Below, piece after piece: positions 51,201-63,680 of a stretch of 64,000 bases of DNA (within the stretch, counting starts at the first letter, position 1; each line of letters opens with the position of its first letter). The stretch spans positions 96,562 through 160,561 of the forward strand of contig NMRA01000762.1 of the NCBI GenBank assembly GCA_002633005.1. The letters run 5' to 3'. The notes under the pieces were generated by a model. That model searched no databases and was not told the DNA's origin. It saw only the letters and a program-made list of their open reading frames with translations. The DNA comes from Phoronis australis (Eukaryota > Animalia > Phoronida). A program made the position numbers and the translations under genes.

Positions 51201-51855
51201 GACTTCCAACAGAGGTCGACACTGGTAACACTAAATACCTTGTGGGCTGTGTTGTCCGATGGAATAGTAGACTGACGTGGGATTTCAAATGTAGCATTAG
51301 TTACACTCTCTTTCACCTAAAACCAAACGATGAGATAAGAGGAACAGAAAGGGAATGAACAAAGCAAAATTAAGCATTTCAACTTCCATCAGCAAACAGC
51401 ACTACAAACATTATTTTCAACTTTCATCTGCAAATACTTAAATCTAATGCTAGCAAAACATTGTGAAATGGCATCGTATCAAATCTCAACATTGCACGAT
51501 GTCCATCAGTCAGTCGCAAAATTAGATTGATCGCGGATGCTTTTACAAATAGTCGGGCCACCCATGGAAAGACAAAAGTACCACCAGCCATGCATGCCTA
51601 AAATCTTGCAAAGCTGTACATTTTTTGCGATGATTGCATTTTCCCAGATGAAGCATTTTTGATTCTACGAACTGCAGAAATATTTTTTTTCTTCTCTCAA
51701 GCTCAAATTTTAAATAATGAACCTTATGCATCTAGTACCTGAGCTATACAACAAATAATTTTTGTCCTTCTGACAATTGATAATACAAAAACAAGAGTGA
51801 CCATGTGGTAGATAAGTTTTACACTTAACATGTTTTTTATCCTCTATATATAAAG

Positions 51856-51893
<38 letters not shown>

Positions 51894-54800
51894 CATTATT
51901 AAATGGTGGCATAGTAAACTTAAAAATCATGAATATTTCTCTTAAAACTCATTACTAAGAGGAGTCAGATTATATTGTTGATTCCTTTTAAGAATTTATA
52001 TATCATTATTCTTACATATGAGGTGTTAGGGAATTCATCAGGGGTGATGTGCATGATTGTTTAATTGAGCCAACCAACCTCGTTTAGTAATCTGCCCAAA
52101 TAATGAGCTGATTTTTAAGCGTGACAGTATGAAGACTATTTTGCAATACACTCTCAGGATATCATTGTACTGGAAATGACCTACTTTTTCTTGGCATCCT
52201 AAAACTCATTTCAAGATTTCAATAACTTTCAACTATTGTGTAACTTTTAAAACAAGTTCCTTCTTTATGTCACATTAAACAGCAGCTGAAAGAACGACTG
52301 CAAACACCTAAATACGACAAACCTCAGTAACGCTGCAGTCTCCGTATTCTTCTTCGGACTCTTCCTCCTCCGAAGACAGTGACACCCCCTCATGTTCTAA
52401 TGACCCCCTTCGTTGCTGCATCACTTGCTGGAACTGTAGTTGTGGCTCGTCATTATTAGCAATGTTGGCGAAAACCGCCGGCGCAAGTTTGGACTTCTTC
52501 TGCGACGCCCTGTTTTGAGGGCTATAGGACTTCTGTACTGCGTTCATGAACCTGCAGTGATGTGTTAAAATTATGAACACTAAACACTATTTCTGTGTTG
52601 CATTCAAAAATTTGCAACGAAGTATAGTTATGAATACTGAAATTCTAAACAATACGATCAGAGATGTGGCACTTCAATACAAAGGAAATCAAAGCTATCC
52701 AGCAGCATGTAAGGAAGTCTTACATTAACCGCACTAACCACGGCCAACCATACACCAGACTTGAAAACTTTATCAACAAGACTTCAGCATGAATGTGTTC
52801 AATAAACTGCAAAACCATGGCCAACCATACATCAGATTTGCAGATTTTTATTAACAGTGCTGTAAGGTGTAATTATTAAAAGGAATTGCAACAAAACCAG
52901 TCCTGTAAAATGATATTTTTACTTTCATGGAAAAGTTACAAGAAACTAAACCAATTCAGCTTGAAGGAGACCTGTGGTCAGTTGCATGAAAAAGTACCAA
53001 ATAGGGACAAAATGTTGGAACAAACACCACCAGAAAACATAGAAATGAAAGCCATCGCCTTTAAATCTTACCAGATAAGGACACAGTATGAAGGACAACT
53101 AGAAAAATTTTATTTTTCATTAAAATAAGCTATTACCAGAAGAAATTGCAGGCATTCACAACAATTTGGGATGCCTTTGAAAAAAGATCAAAATTGGCAA
53201 TTACTGTAGTCCAGAATTGTTGCTGATTATATGAGCCGTATAGCTACAGGAAGAGGCTCACGATGTTGTACACTTGATGGAAACCTGTCTACTGCAGACT
53301 CTGGGCTGCCCCACCTTTGCAAAAACTCTTTCAAATTTGAACACTTCAAACTATTATCTGACCTACTTGTTTGTATATGAAGTCCCACCCTCTCGGAAGT
53401 AAAGCTGCATCACTCCCACGGCAGGGGGTCGGCCACCTACGCTGGGCATAGCCGTGGACAAACTGATCTTGGCATCTTGCCAATCTTCGCCAGTATTTTG
53501 GCAGATCATACCTTGGTACTGCAGCTAAACAGAAGCAGGAAAACATCACTAGTAATATGTCTTGGAATAATGTAATGGCCCGAAAAGCAAGTCATTGTTT
53601 AAAAACTAGTGCAAGACACTAAAACAATGAAATCCAGCAATGTGAAATAAAGGGTGTTAAGAAACCAAATGTTCGTGAGTGGTTCAATCTGGGACATACA
53701 TCAAACAAATGTTAACGTCTTCATGCGAAGATAGTGGTAAATAACAGCACATGCCTACAGACAAGAAAGGTACAGGCAAACACTATGATCTGTAAATTTG
53801 ATTGAAACTGTATTACAAATATCATTAAACTCCCACAAATTCATACCAAAAACTCGAGTCTCTTGAGGTATAACAACTAATTTGTTGCCAAAACAATGAA
53901 GGTGTGGAAGCAGAGTTAAGTTCATTTATGGCAATTTGCCAGAAATGTGTCACTTTGTGTTTGTCATAAATCAGGGAACAGAATCAATAACTATTAGTTC
54001 CTGTGGCAAGCAACCTCAACTCAATAGCATCCCATTGTCTCGACATGGCGGAAACAGAAATGGAGCAGTATGACACAACGCAACGGTGCGTCACAAAAGA
54101 AATTTGACATGGCACAAATTGACACTTTGGTGTCAACCTGTCACCCATTTTTGAGGTGGAGCAAGTTCTGCCTGATCATCTTGAGTTGTGACAAGTATTA
54201 CAGGTTCAACCAGGAATCGATGTCAATGTGGAAGCAATGACTTCACCTGCGCTTGTACACAAGCAGCGTCCACCATCATTCCTGGCTTGGCTAGTCAAAG
54301 CCCTTAGGGGTTAATAAAACAATAAGGACCCTAAAACCTATGTTAAGCTGTGTTTAGTAACACCGTTTAACAGGGACAGTTGTATGACTAACAGCAAGGT
54401 TCACAAAGAACTGTTTTCACTAACCTTGCATGTCTTTCTCAAAAGGCCTACTATGTGTGAACACACCCATGATTTAGACTGTCTTCAAAATTCTAAACCA
54501 CTTAGCAAGCTAGTCACTCCCTTCCTAGCCAAAAGTAATTGCAAACATGAACACTCAGAGATTGGCCTCCAGTCCACGACTTCCGTGTTGACACAAGGGT
54601 GCAGCATTAATAGGACCTGACACAGATCAACTCTTAAGATCAATTCCATTCAAGGCACAGGAGCTGTATCCTTTAGTCTACATTCACTTACCTTCATAAC
54701 TTTATCATTGCTGAAAACTCTGATGTCATACTTAGGTGACCACGACGCCTGCCCAACAACATAAGAGAAATGGATCTCCACTTCAGCTGACTCCTTCACA

Positions 54801-57800
54801 TCTAGCAATATGCTTATGTCTCTAAAGAAATGAATTTTTTGTTATTATTAGAGCTGCAAAATTTGAACTGCAAACAAAGGAGGAATTTACGCTGAAATTC
54901 TTATAATGTTCAACCTCAACAACTTTTATGATTTAATGGAAGGGGATTTTGACAGGTATTTTTTAAATGAACCTATTCTCTTCTCTCAGGATGCATTACT
55001 GAGAGCTATACGTTCCATGCAGGCAAATTGCCATTAAACTTCAGGAGTAAATCTACTGTCAGACGTTATAATTTAAGATGACTGTACGGCCCATGTTCAC
55101 CTCCCATTTCTTGATATTTCTGACTTAAGTGCCCATGTCAGGTTAAACACCCACTGCCCAATTTCCAGAGTCGCCAATTCAAGGATGCTGAATGTTTATG
55201 GTAAATATTTTGCGCATGTGACACATCAAATAGAGTGTTCAAATTTGAAAGCATTTTTGTGAGAATGATGCAATTCTACATTGACAGGCACAATGTTTAA
55301 AATATTAATGTATGGCGGGGGGGGGGGGNNNNNNNNNNNNNNNNNNNNNNAATTGACTCTTCCCAATGCCCACCTGTTAATAACTAGAAATAATTTATCA
55401 CCAGGTGGCAGCACTTGTGCAAAAATATGCTTAGGGCTGTTCCAGTAAAATCCGTGTGGGAGGGGGGGGACGGCAGTAGAAATAAAAATTCATGGGTGGT
55501 GGTCTTCCGAAAAAAACTCAAATTATGGGTGGTCCTTCCTGTAAGAAGTGATGGATTAAAAATGGGTGGTATTTTTTGACCTGTTAATGATGACAGGTTG
55601 GTTACTTCAGCCGCCAAAACTCAAAAAAATGCAGTACAAAAAAGCCCACATTGCCAGTGAACAGAGTGCAATATGTTCACTAAGCCATTAATCAAGTCAT
55701 GGGCAACTTGATTTGAGCCAACTACTGGTGTGCAGTCCTATTGGATTGAAAAGTTATGCAACACTAAACTGGTGTTAACACATATAACAAAATTGATGAT
55801 TTTTAAATAAATGTATGAGGAGTAAGATAAACAAGTTCCAATATTCACTTGACATAGAAGTATAAAAGACTTCGTGGAGACAGTTTGAGATTCATAGATC
55901 CTTATAATTGAAAAAATGTTCATTGAAATTATAGACACATGGTGAACAGAGACACCTAGTGGCTGCCAAAAGTATTGCTCACATGCTACTTTAGTTTTTG
56001 ACAATATTGGACAAGACAACTAGTTCTTGTCTGTCAATCATCTAAGTTCTTAACAGGTCCTCCTGGAGGCAATTTGTTTGCAAGTGTTGGATTTTATATT
56101 TTAACCTATTAAAAATAATTAAAAAATTATGGGTCATGGGTTGGAGAAATAAATGAAAAATATGGGCGGTGGGTACGAAATAAAAGTGCCTTCCCCCCCT
56201 CCCATACAGATTTTGCTGGAACAGCCCTTATACCGTTCATAGTTTGAAATTGTACATTTCATTGATGCTGATCACAACACTTTAGTTGATTGTTGATTAC
56301 TTTCCAGTCCGATAGCAAACTTGGGAGCACTATTTTCTTCATCAAACTTGAACTGTGTCAAGTCAGTGATCAGTGTTTAATTATTACTGTCCGTTCAGCT
56401 TAGTAACAAATTCTGGGCTAGGAGGGGGCAAGTTGTCCTGATAATGGCTTAGAATTTTGTGAATGGTTGAAAATCTTGGGTGTTGCTCATCCACAAAAGC
56501 CTTTTTGAAACTGACATGCAAGGTCAGTGAAAGCAATTCTTTGCGAACTCCGCCTTTTTGTCATCCAACTGCTCCAGTAGGATGATGTAACTATAACACC
56601 TAACAAAGGGTTTAAGACACTGTATGAGAAGATAATTGTTTGATTACCCCCAATGGATTCTGAATAGTGGAGACTAAAGTTAACCTTTGACTGATGAGAT
56701 GAAAGTTCAAATACTAACTCATCATCAGCAATAAAATGGAGTTATATATTACCAAGGCATTAGTTGTTAGTTTCTTACTCCTGTATATATCAAAACAATA
56801 GCTGTTAGTTTCTTACTCCTGTATATACCAAAACAGTAGTTGTTAGTTTCTTACTCCTGTATATACCAAGACTTTAGTTGTTAGTTTCTTACTCCTGTAT
56901 ATACCAAGACAGTAGTTTTTAGTTTCTTACTCCTGTATATACCAAGACTTTAGTTTTTAGTTTCTTACTCCTAGTTCTTTGTTTCTTACTACATGTATAT
57001 CAGATTCTGAACTACTGTAATCATCTTCGTAAATAACGAGACTAGACCACAAGATAGCATACCGTGACACAGGATCGCGCTTCTTGGCCTGCTGCTGGGT
57101 GATTTCCTCATTCACAACTGTTCGTTCACGGCGCTTCGTTTCAATTTCTTTGTCCACTTCAAATCTGTTCTCATCAAGTTTTGCGGCACAGCTATCGTAG
57201 AACTTGAGAAATGCATCCAAGTCCTGTATAAAGCTGTGGCCAGGTTTTTCTGACTTCTGAAAAACAAACAAAAATTTCAGTTTCAGTAAACAATTCTCCA
57301 GAGTGGGATTAAAAAATGACAAAATCTTATAATTCAAAAGCTTAATGGGTACAAAGGCTCAGAATTATGCCAAATGTTATATGTTGTCTGGTGACAACTG
57401 AACTACACAATTTTTGCAGAGAATAAAAGTAAAATTTATTATGCTGAAATATATAGCGGCCAAAATACATCCACGTCCCTCAAAGAAACTAATACCATTT
57501 CGTTTAAACTACTTACTGCTTGAAAACTGATCACATGCATTCTGGGCACAGCTACTTAAACAAACAGGAGATGATGAAATAATTTTCTTGTTAGCCATCA
57601 CTATACACCTTTGTTAAGCAGTCTTTACTTAAACAGGCTTCAACTAAACCAACAATGAATAGGGTAATCCCAAGTAATAAACAACTGATTTAGTTAACTT
57701 CAAAAGGTTAATTGTTTGTGATGAGATGGAGCAGATTTACAATGTCAGCAAAACTTTGGGGAGCACTTACACATTACTCGTAACTAATATGAGGCGTGTG

Positions 57801-59828
57801 TGTGTGTTGGAGCCCCAGTCGGGACGGAATTTTTTTCAGCCTTAACTCTAGGTCATGTGATGTACCAACATATGGTGTGTACGAATATGAGACATAGTAT
57901 CTGGCCTTGGAAAAAATAGCACCTTGTTACTGCTTGAGATCAAAGCCCACGGTCCCCAATATTGTAGAATATGTCATTGCCAGGCATGTTCCCCCATCCC
58001 ACTCTGCTGTTTTCTCCATCCACAAATGTTAGACAGAAAATTCCACCAAAGAACCTTCGGGATAAAACTAGACTTCCAAGAACAATGGTTTACCTTCACC
58101 TGCAGACCCATCTGGATGGTGCCCCCAGCCTCATTGCCAACCCTCACCTGCAGCTCCACTTGGACAGTGTACCCAGCCTCATTGCCAACCATCACCTGCA
58201 GCCCCACCTGGAGGGTGTTGCCAGTCTCATGGCCAACCCTCACCTACAGACCCACCTTGACAGTGTCCCCAGCCTCATAGCCAACACTCATCTGTAGCCC
58301 CGCGTGAACAGTGTCCCCAGCCTCACCGCCAACCCTCACCTATACAGAACCACCTGGACGGTGTCCCAGCCTCATGGCCAACCACCCCATGCAGCTACGT
58401 AAGGATGGTGTCCCCAGCCTCATGGTTAACTCTCACCAGTAGCTCTCCCTGGAGGGTGACCCAATGTTCTGGCAAATGCTCACCTGCAGTCCCGCCTGGA
58501 CCGTATCCCCGGCCCCATTCAGATACTTCCTTTGTTGTTCCAGACGATACTTTTTCTTCTCCAACAGAGACAAACAATCGTCCAGCTTTCTTCGTTTCTC
58601 TTCCAGTTGTTTTATTTCTTCGCTCTTCTCTATTTTGTCAATGGTATTCTTTTGAAACGCAACCTCCGTGATCGTAGCCCCCAGCTTGTCTTTCACATTT
58701 TTGTCATCAAAGCCAGGAACTTTAACTTCAACCCTGATAACCATAAGTATGCATATCAATAGGACCCAATTGACAAGTCTATGCATTTAATCACAAATAA
58801 GACATAGATTTTCTGAAGAATTTCATCTTTGATTTTCTAACAATCTGACATGGGTCACATATGGCACTGTCCTTTTGGTAATTAGCATTAATAGCAATTA
58901 AAGAAAGGTGTATTAATTGCAAAACATATGACAGTAGTTTGAAGGTGCACTTAATTCCAAAAACATATTAGATTTAAAACTCGGGACTATATTTCATGCT
59001 TTCTATACTTGCAATTAACACACAATACTATGGTCGTTGGTTACAGTGGTACAGGCCTACCTGTACTGAAAAGAGAGCTGCTCCCCAAAACACACCTTTT
59101 ACACTGCACATGCCAGGGGATATGACATCATATCAACTGGCACTGTTTTGTGGCCAGTTTCCGATTTTGGGAAGTGAACAAAGGACTGCTCAAAGAAAAA
59201 GTTTGATAACGGGAATATTTGTTCGAGTGGGAAGGAATTAAACACATCCACAGTCTCCCAAGACGTCTATGCGCAAAAGGTATTTAGAACAACGTGACTT
59301 TGACGTTTCAGTCAGTGTGAGGCATAATTCGCTAAAAGCTTCTGGTGTATGAAGCTCCCGGCACAAGTGACAAGAGCTACAAAAATACAAAACGCCATAA
59401 CGGTCTCTGCCGAGCCAGCTGGAGACAGTGGTCACTCGACTCACTGTCCAATTCATTGTGAGCGCGAGATTCATGCGCTTTAGTACAGAGTAAATTTTTT
59501 CAACGTGAACGTGGTTATTTGAGTGAACTTCCCAAGTTTCCTACTATATTCCAAATATGTATTCATAGTCTAGAGATTGAGCAGAATTCCGAGTTCGAGC
59601 ACAGTGACACTGTGCTCGAACTCGCAGTGTAGTGCCGAATCACCTTATTGAATCTGGGTCAACGTGTTTGGAAAGATCTCTGACAACAAGCTCCTGTTCA
59701 CCGGAAGATAATTTGACTTTCAAAGATCGACAGATTTCAGCTCTATCACGAAAAACGACAACACTTTCAATGGGACAATCAGTTGCAATCAACTGTGATT
59801 TCACGCTGGGATCTTCGCCAGCATCCAT
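48295..59828 (-). CDS. Protein F37C4.5-like (N-terminal DUF4140, coiled coil, DUF4139; related to bacterial MuiA family). Exons: 59644-59828, 58484-58733, 57063-57256, 54692-54821, 53367-53524, 52323-52551, 51239-51316, 49790-49951, 49308-49541, 48295-48477
   Basis: Phase-compatible GT-AG exons give CPIESVVVFRDRAEICR...DLSKHVDPDSIRVE, SYVVGQASWSPKYDIR, GMICQNTGEDWQDAKISLSTAMP, ATFEIPRQSTIPSDNTAHKV, AKVKNTSAYALLAGPGNVFLDNNFI, FECSLGVDP, DYLPQSTEDKIKV, IEWDLELAAGKSEELVVRYTVEYP; all characteristic DUF4140/DUF4139 motifs. Confidence 0.9.
51855..51900. repeat. (TTA)n microsatellite
   Basis: Direct observation. Confidence 0.9.
55434..56227. mobile_element. PIF/Harbinger-type MITE with TTA target duplication
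   Basis: TTA|GGGCTGTTCCAGTAAAATCCGTGTGGGAGGGGGGG ... CCCCCCCTCCCATACAGATTTTGCTGGAACAGCCC|TTA; about 40-bp TIRs. Confidence 0.85.
56748..56995. repeat. Minisatellite, about 38-bp unit TAGTTGTTAGTTTCTTACTCCTGTATATACCAAGACTT, about 6 copies
   Basis: Direct observation, intron 3 of the DUF4139 gene. Confidence 0.92.
58096..58525 (-). repeat. 48-bp minisatellite (about 9 units) derived from the exon 2 3' end plus splice donor of the DUF4139 gene
   Basis: TCACCTGCAG-type cores at 58096, 58144, 58192, 58240, 58288, 58336, about 58386, 58433 and 58480 (the true donor). Confidence 0.85.
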
Positions 59829-60186
59829 TTTTGGTTCAGTCTCCGGATAAACATTGCTGCCCCTCTCGGAACACAAAAGAAACTCGAGCAACTTACCGAT
59901 TTACCGCGTGCGACGGGAGCGTCATCTATTGGCTGAGCAATGAGCATTTGATTAGCCTTGCCTTTTTATTGTCTTCGGTCTTTACAGCCTTCACTACAAC
60001 TTCGCCAGAGTGTTTTTAGGTTTTTGATGTGATCAATTGTTACTTTGTCTAATATCAGGTCAGACAGTGTTTGTGTGAGCCAGAGGCTGAAGACTGTGCT
60101 TGTGTTTGATAAGTTGTTAAGATACAGTTCAAACTTTTCAGGTGATCAAGGCATATTGTAGGCTAATACACCTGTGAAGACTGACC

Positions 60187-60263
60187 TAGGCAATGACCAA
60201 CGCCTCTGTTGGCCCGAACCAGAGGCTCTGGTTCGGGCCAACAGAGGCGATGGTCATTGCCTA
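60187..60263. mobile_element. 77-bp perfect-hairpin mini-element with TAG..CTA ends (AcademH-type MITE)
   Basis: TAGGCAATGACCAACGCCTCTGTTGGCCCGAACCAGAG-G-CTCTGGTTCGGGCCAACAGAGGCGATGGTCATTGCCTA; flanks share GTGAAGAC(C), compatible with a 9-bp TSD. Confidence 0.65.
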
Positions 60264-60269
60264 GTGAAG

Positions 60270-63152
60270 ACCCAGAGTCGATCTTACTGTGTCTGCAACT
60301 GTCGACTCACCAAGGGACGTTTTTCTATTATTGAAACATTTAGCATTGTATGGTGGTGTCTATATTTTTGCGGGGATTATCTGCATAAATTGTGAAAGAC
60401 TCTTACAGACGATCACCCGCCGCAAAGTGACTCATTTCAAATCAAAAATTAAACAAACTCAGAAGTTGTGCAGACCCAAACGTTGTGCGGTGGAAAGCCC
60501 AACTCTACTAGACATCGGCCAGATCTGAAGTCAGTTAGAGGTGACAGAGCACAGAGAAACCCATCGCAAACTTATTGAGCTCCAGCCAGCATCAGCTGTT
60601 CAAGACTAGTACAGAAACACGCACCAGCTGCGGATGAGAAAATTTGCAGTGACTTAGCACTGAACACTTTTCGAAATCTACAAGTGCATCTTCGTCTGAA
60701 AAGAAGGTTGTTGAAAGAGCTTCTAGTATTTTGAAGTATGAAGAACTCAAATATGCCATTACAGAACAACGTATGAAGGAAAATGATGCTATAGCCGAAT
60801 CCATAACTGGCTCAAAGCATGGATGTATTTCTCATTTGCAAGTAAAGAACAACACGTTATTCCAGTTTGACTGGACTATCATTGTCAATGAGATGAAACT
60901 TAAATTTCCGGTGTTTTTCTCCCTTATTGTAGGGGTTATGTTAACTCCTGACAATAGGTCAAGCGCCAAGAACACGGGTGAGAAACAACATGACCGCCGG
61001 TCCTCTAAATCCAGGCGGACTGACTCACCCAAAACAGGACCTCCGGGGATCAAATGGGACCGTCGCACCAGAAAATGGGACTGACGCACCTAAAAACATG
61101 ACCGCCCCACCAGAAAACAGGACCGCCGGGGACTGAACATGACCACCAGGGATTGAAACCACACATTGTCCGGCGGTCATGTTCAGTCCCCGGCGGTCCT
61201 GTTTTCTGGTGGGGCGGTCATGTTTTTAGGTGCGTCAGTCCCATTTTCTGGTGCGACGGTCCCATTTGATTCCCGGAGGTCCTGTTTTGAGTGAGGCGGT
61301 CCGATTTAAGAGGACCGGCGGTCATATTGTTTCTCACCCGTGAAGAAGGTAGATAGCATAATACCAAGAATTTCTGTTATAATGCCCTGTGCATGCAATC
61401 TAGAAGTCGGCCTCTTTGTCTGGTACAGCGAGTGATATCGTATGTCCTGTCAAGTAGCTTAGTGGAGGTTAAGGTATGTCACGTTCATCTTGGCTTAAAA
61501 CAACTTTATTTTGAAGTCAGTGTAAATTGTGGCATTTTAGTACAATTTACAATACATGCCCATAGCCAGAATAAGAAAATGTAGAAAATTTCAAACAACA
61601 AATACTAATTGATGCAAATCTGAATAGTTTTCTTCAACAACTTGTATTTCCGATAAACATATATGCACCTCTTTTGATAAAGTTCTCTTTGTGGTCTATG
61701 TTTGTTATACAGTGAACCAATGCCATGAGCAGGTAATACATGAATACAATGCTACCTTGAAGGAGAGACATTTAAAGTTATTTTTTGTTTTATTTTTTTA
61801 AATTGTCACTGCTACTTAAGGTGTAACCAGCCAAAATTCTACTACAGTCAAACCTTGTTAGAATGAACCCGTTTTTAATGTTTGGTCACTCATAACATTC
61901 TTTTCTGTAAGTCCTAAGACAGCTATACCACTTGGAAATTACTTTGGTTAAATTTAACTTCAGATACAACGGGTTTTTTCAATAGTCTTGAGAGGTTTTG
62001 TTATAACATGATTTTACTGTGTGTAAGTGCTTCATCTTGTTGACGTTTCTCTATGTGTAAGGGAATGTACAAGCTAGGTGGTAGGAGTGTGCCTTCTACA
62101 GCTTAGTTTTCTGTTTCCAGTGTCAAGAGGGATGCTAATAACCCTCCTGGCATATCGTGTAATGACTGAGGCCTTTCAAACTTACTTTAATTTATAGATG
62201 CTTCTTCTGACTTTCTACTTTGAGAGATGCTTAATGTTCTCTAGCTATTTATCCTTCACTGGTGTGTGACTGCGCAAGCATTCTGGGGACTAATTATTGG
62301 TGAATGTGCATGCTCAAAAACTTTGAAAACCTATAAGAAATGAAAAAATATTCAATGCATGGTAAATATTCTCCAGTTTGGGACAATGAACTTTTAAATT
62401 ATTTTTGCTCAGGGTCAGAGGTTGTACCTTACAAAATTTTGAAAGTAGGCAATAAAGGGTATACCATTATGTTGTTGAACAGCTGATTCTACTTTCACTC
62501 TATGTTGACACAAAATGCATTGCGAAATTTAATTTAAATATGATGGACAACATCAAAATAAATCATTATCTCTAACCATGAAAATTCAACTTTGGCTGGT
62601 CGTATTTTAGTGGCTGTCCCAAACTGGAGAATATATATATATATATAGACTAAAAATGGGTGGACCCTCAAGAAGAGGTCTCATTGCCGCACACTCACTG
62701 CTTGTGATCGTTTTTACTGCCCGTACCTGCACACATACACACTGAGATTGGGATCAGCTTTTCCTAAAACATTGTTGTCTACAGCATGCACTTTTGTTTG
62801 TTTAAATATCAAAATAACTTTTGTGGAAACTGGTGGTATATATTGTAGTGTATGCCTGTTTTGATCATACTGCATTCGGATAATATTCCGGTTCCATGAT
62901 GAGATGCTGAACATATAATTGCAGTTGACATGCTTAAAAAAATGACATCTAGCTCTGAGGAATATGCACATTTTTGGAAATTGCTATTTTGTCATGATTA
63001 TTGCCTGTTATAATTAAATCTGCAGCTGTTGTTTACAGAGGGTACATTATGTAGTCATAAAGAAACTGTTATTATTCAAAAAATGAAACTGTTATTTAAT
63101 CCTGATTGAAGTGTGCAAATTTTCCAGGTATTTGACCGTCTTTCTGCAATTG
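60270..63152 (+). pseudogene. Degenerate intron-containing transposase N-terminal region, AcademH-like
   Basis: Frameshifted pieces IICINCERLL..KVTHFK..KRCAVESP, FQFDWTIIVNEMKLKFPVFFSLIVGVM, IIPRISV..ALCMQSRSRPLCLVQRVISYVL..EVK|GTATGT (61473), then TTTCCAG|VFDRLSAIG (63128). Interrupted by a MITE at 60973-61342. Confidence 0.5.
60973..61342. mobile_element. 370-bp fold-back MITE with CAC..GTG ends and AAGAA flanking duplication (Transib- or EnSpm-like)
   Basis: AAGAA|CACGGGTGAGAAACAA...TTGTTTCTCACCCGTG|AAGAA; about 175-bp inverted arms made of GGACCGCC/TGACCGCC subrepeats. Confidence 0.88.
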
Positions 63153-63487
63153 GTATAATTCTTAATGTATCACTATGCTAATTTGGTGCCAGGCATTTAA
63201 CAATAATAAAGTGTTTCTGTTAAGAATTGTTTCTGCTCAGGCAAGTTAAATTTTAAAATTTTGCAGATCTGATGCTCTATGTTTCTTATCCTTGTCATCC
63301 CTGATTTTGTGGATTTTGTTAAATGGCTTTCAGATTTGGTATTGAAAAAATTGATGATCAATTGTTGGCCGTATTAGAGTTCGTGAGGCTTGATTTTAGC
63401 AAGTCTGTTGTTATCACCTAGCTCCTGCTTGCCCCCCCTTGCCAAACCAGGTCAAGGCTATGTTGGCCATTGTGATCGACTAATAGC

Positions 63488-63680
63488 AGGGGCTGATCCA
63501 GGATTTTGAGTTAGGTGGGGTCAGGGGATAACCAGAATTTTGGCAGATGCGCGTGCCCAGCCTAAAATGTGGGGATGCAGGGGTCTCGAATTTTGGGTTT
63601 GAGGACCTCACTGTCGACTAAAAAAAGATAGGGGTATGCATTGCCTAATCACCCCCGAACCCCCCTGGTTGCGCGCATGT
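63488..63680. mobile_element. Short hAT-like MITE remnant
   Basis: Starts CAGGGGCTGATCCAGGATTTT..GGTGGGG and ends CCCCCGAACCCCCCTGGTTGCGCGCATG, a common short non-autonomous element layout. Confidence 0.35.

Noticed and set aside
57924-58297. Overlapping 89-118 aa ORFs as separate genes
   Set aside because: Produced by the 48-bp repeat period inside an intron.
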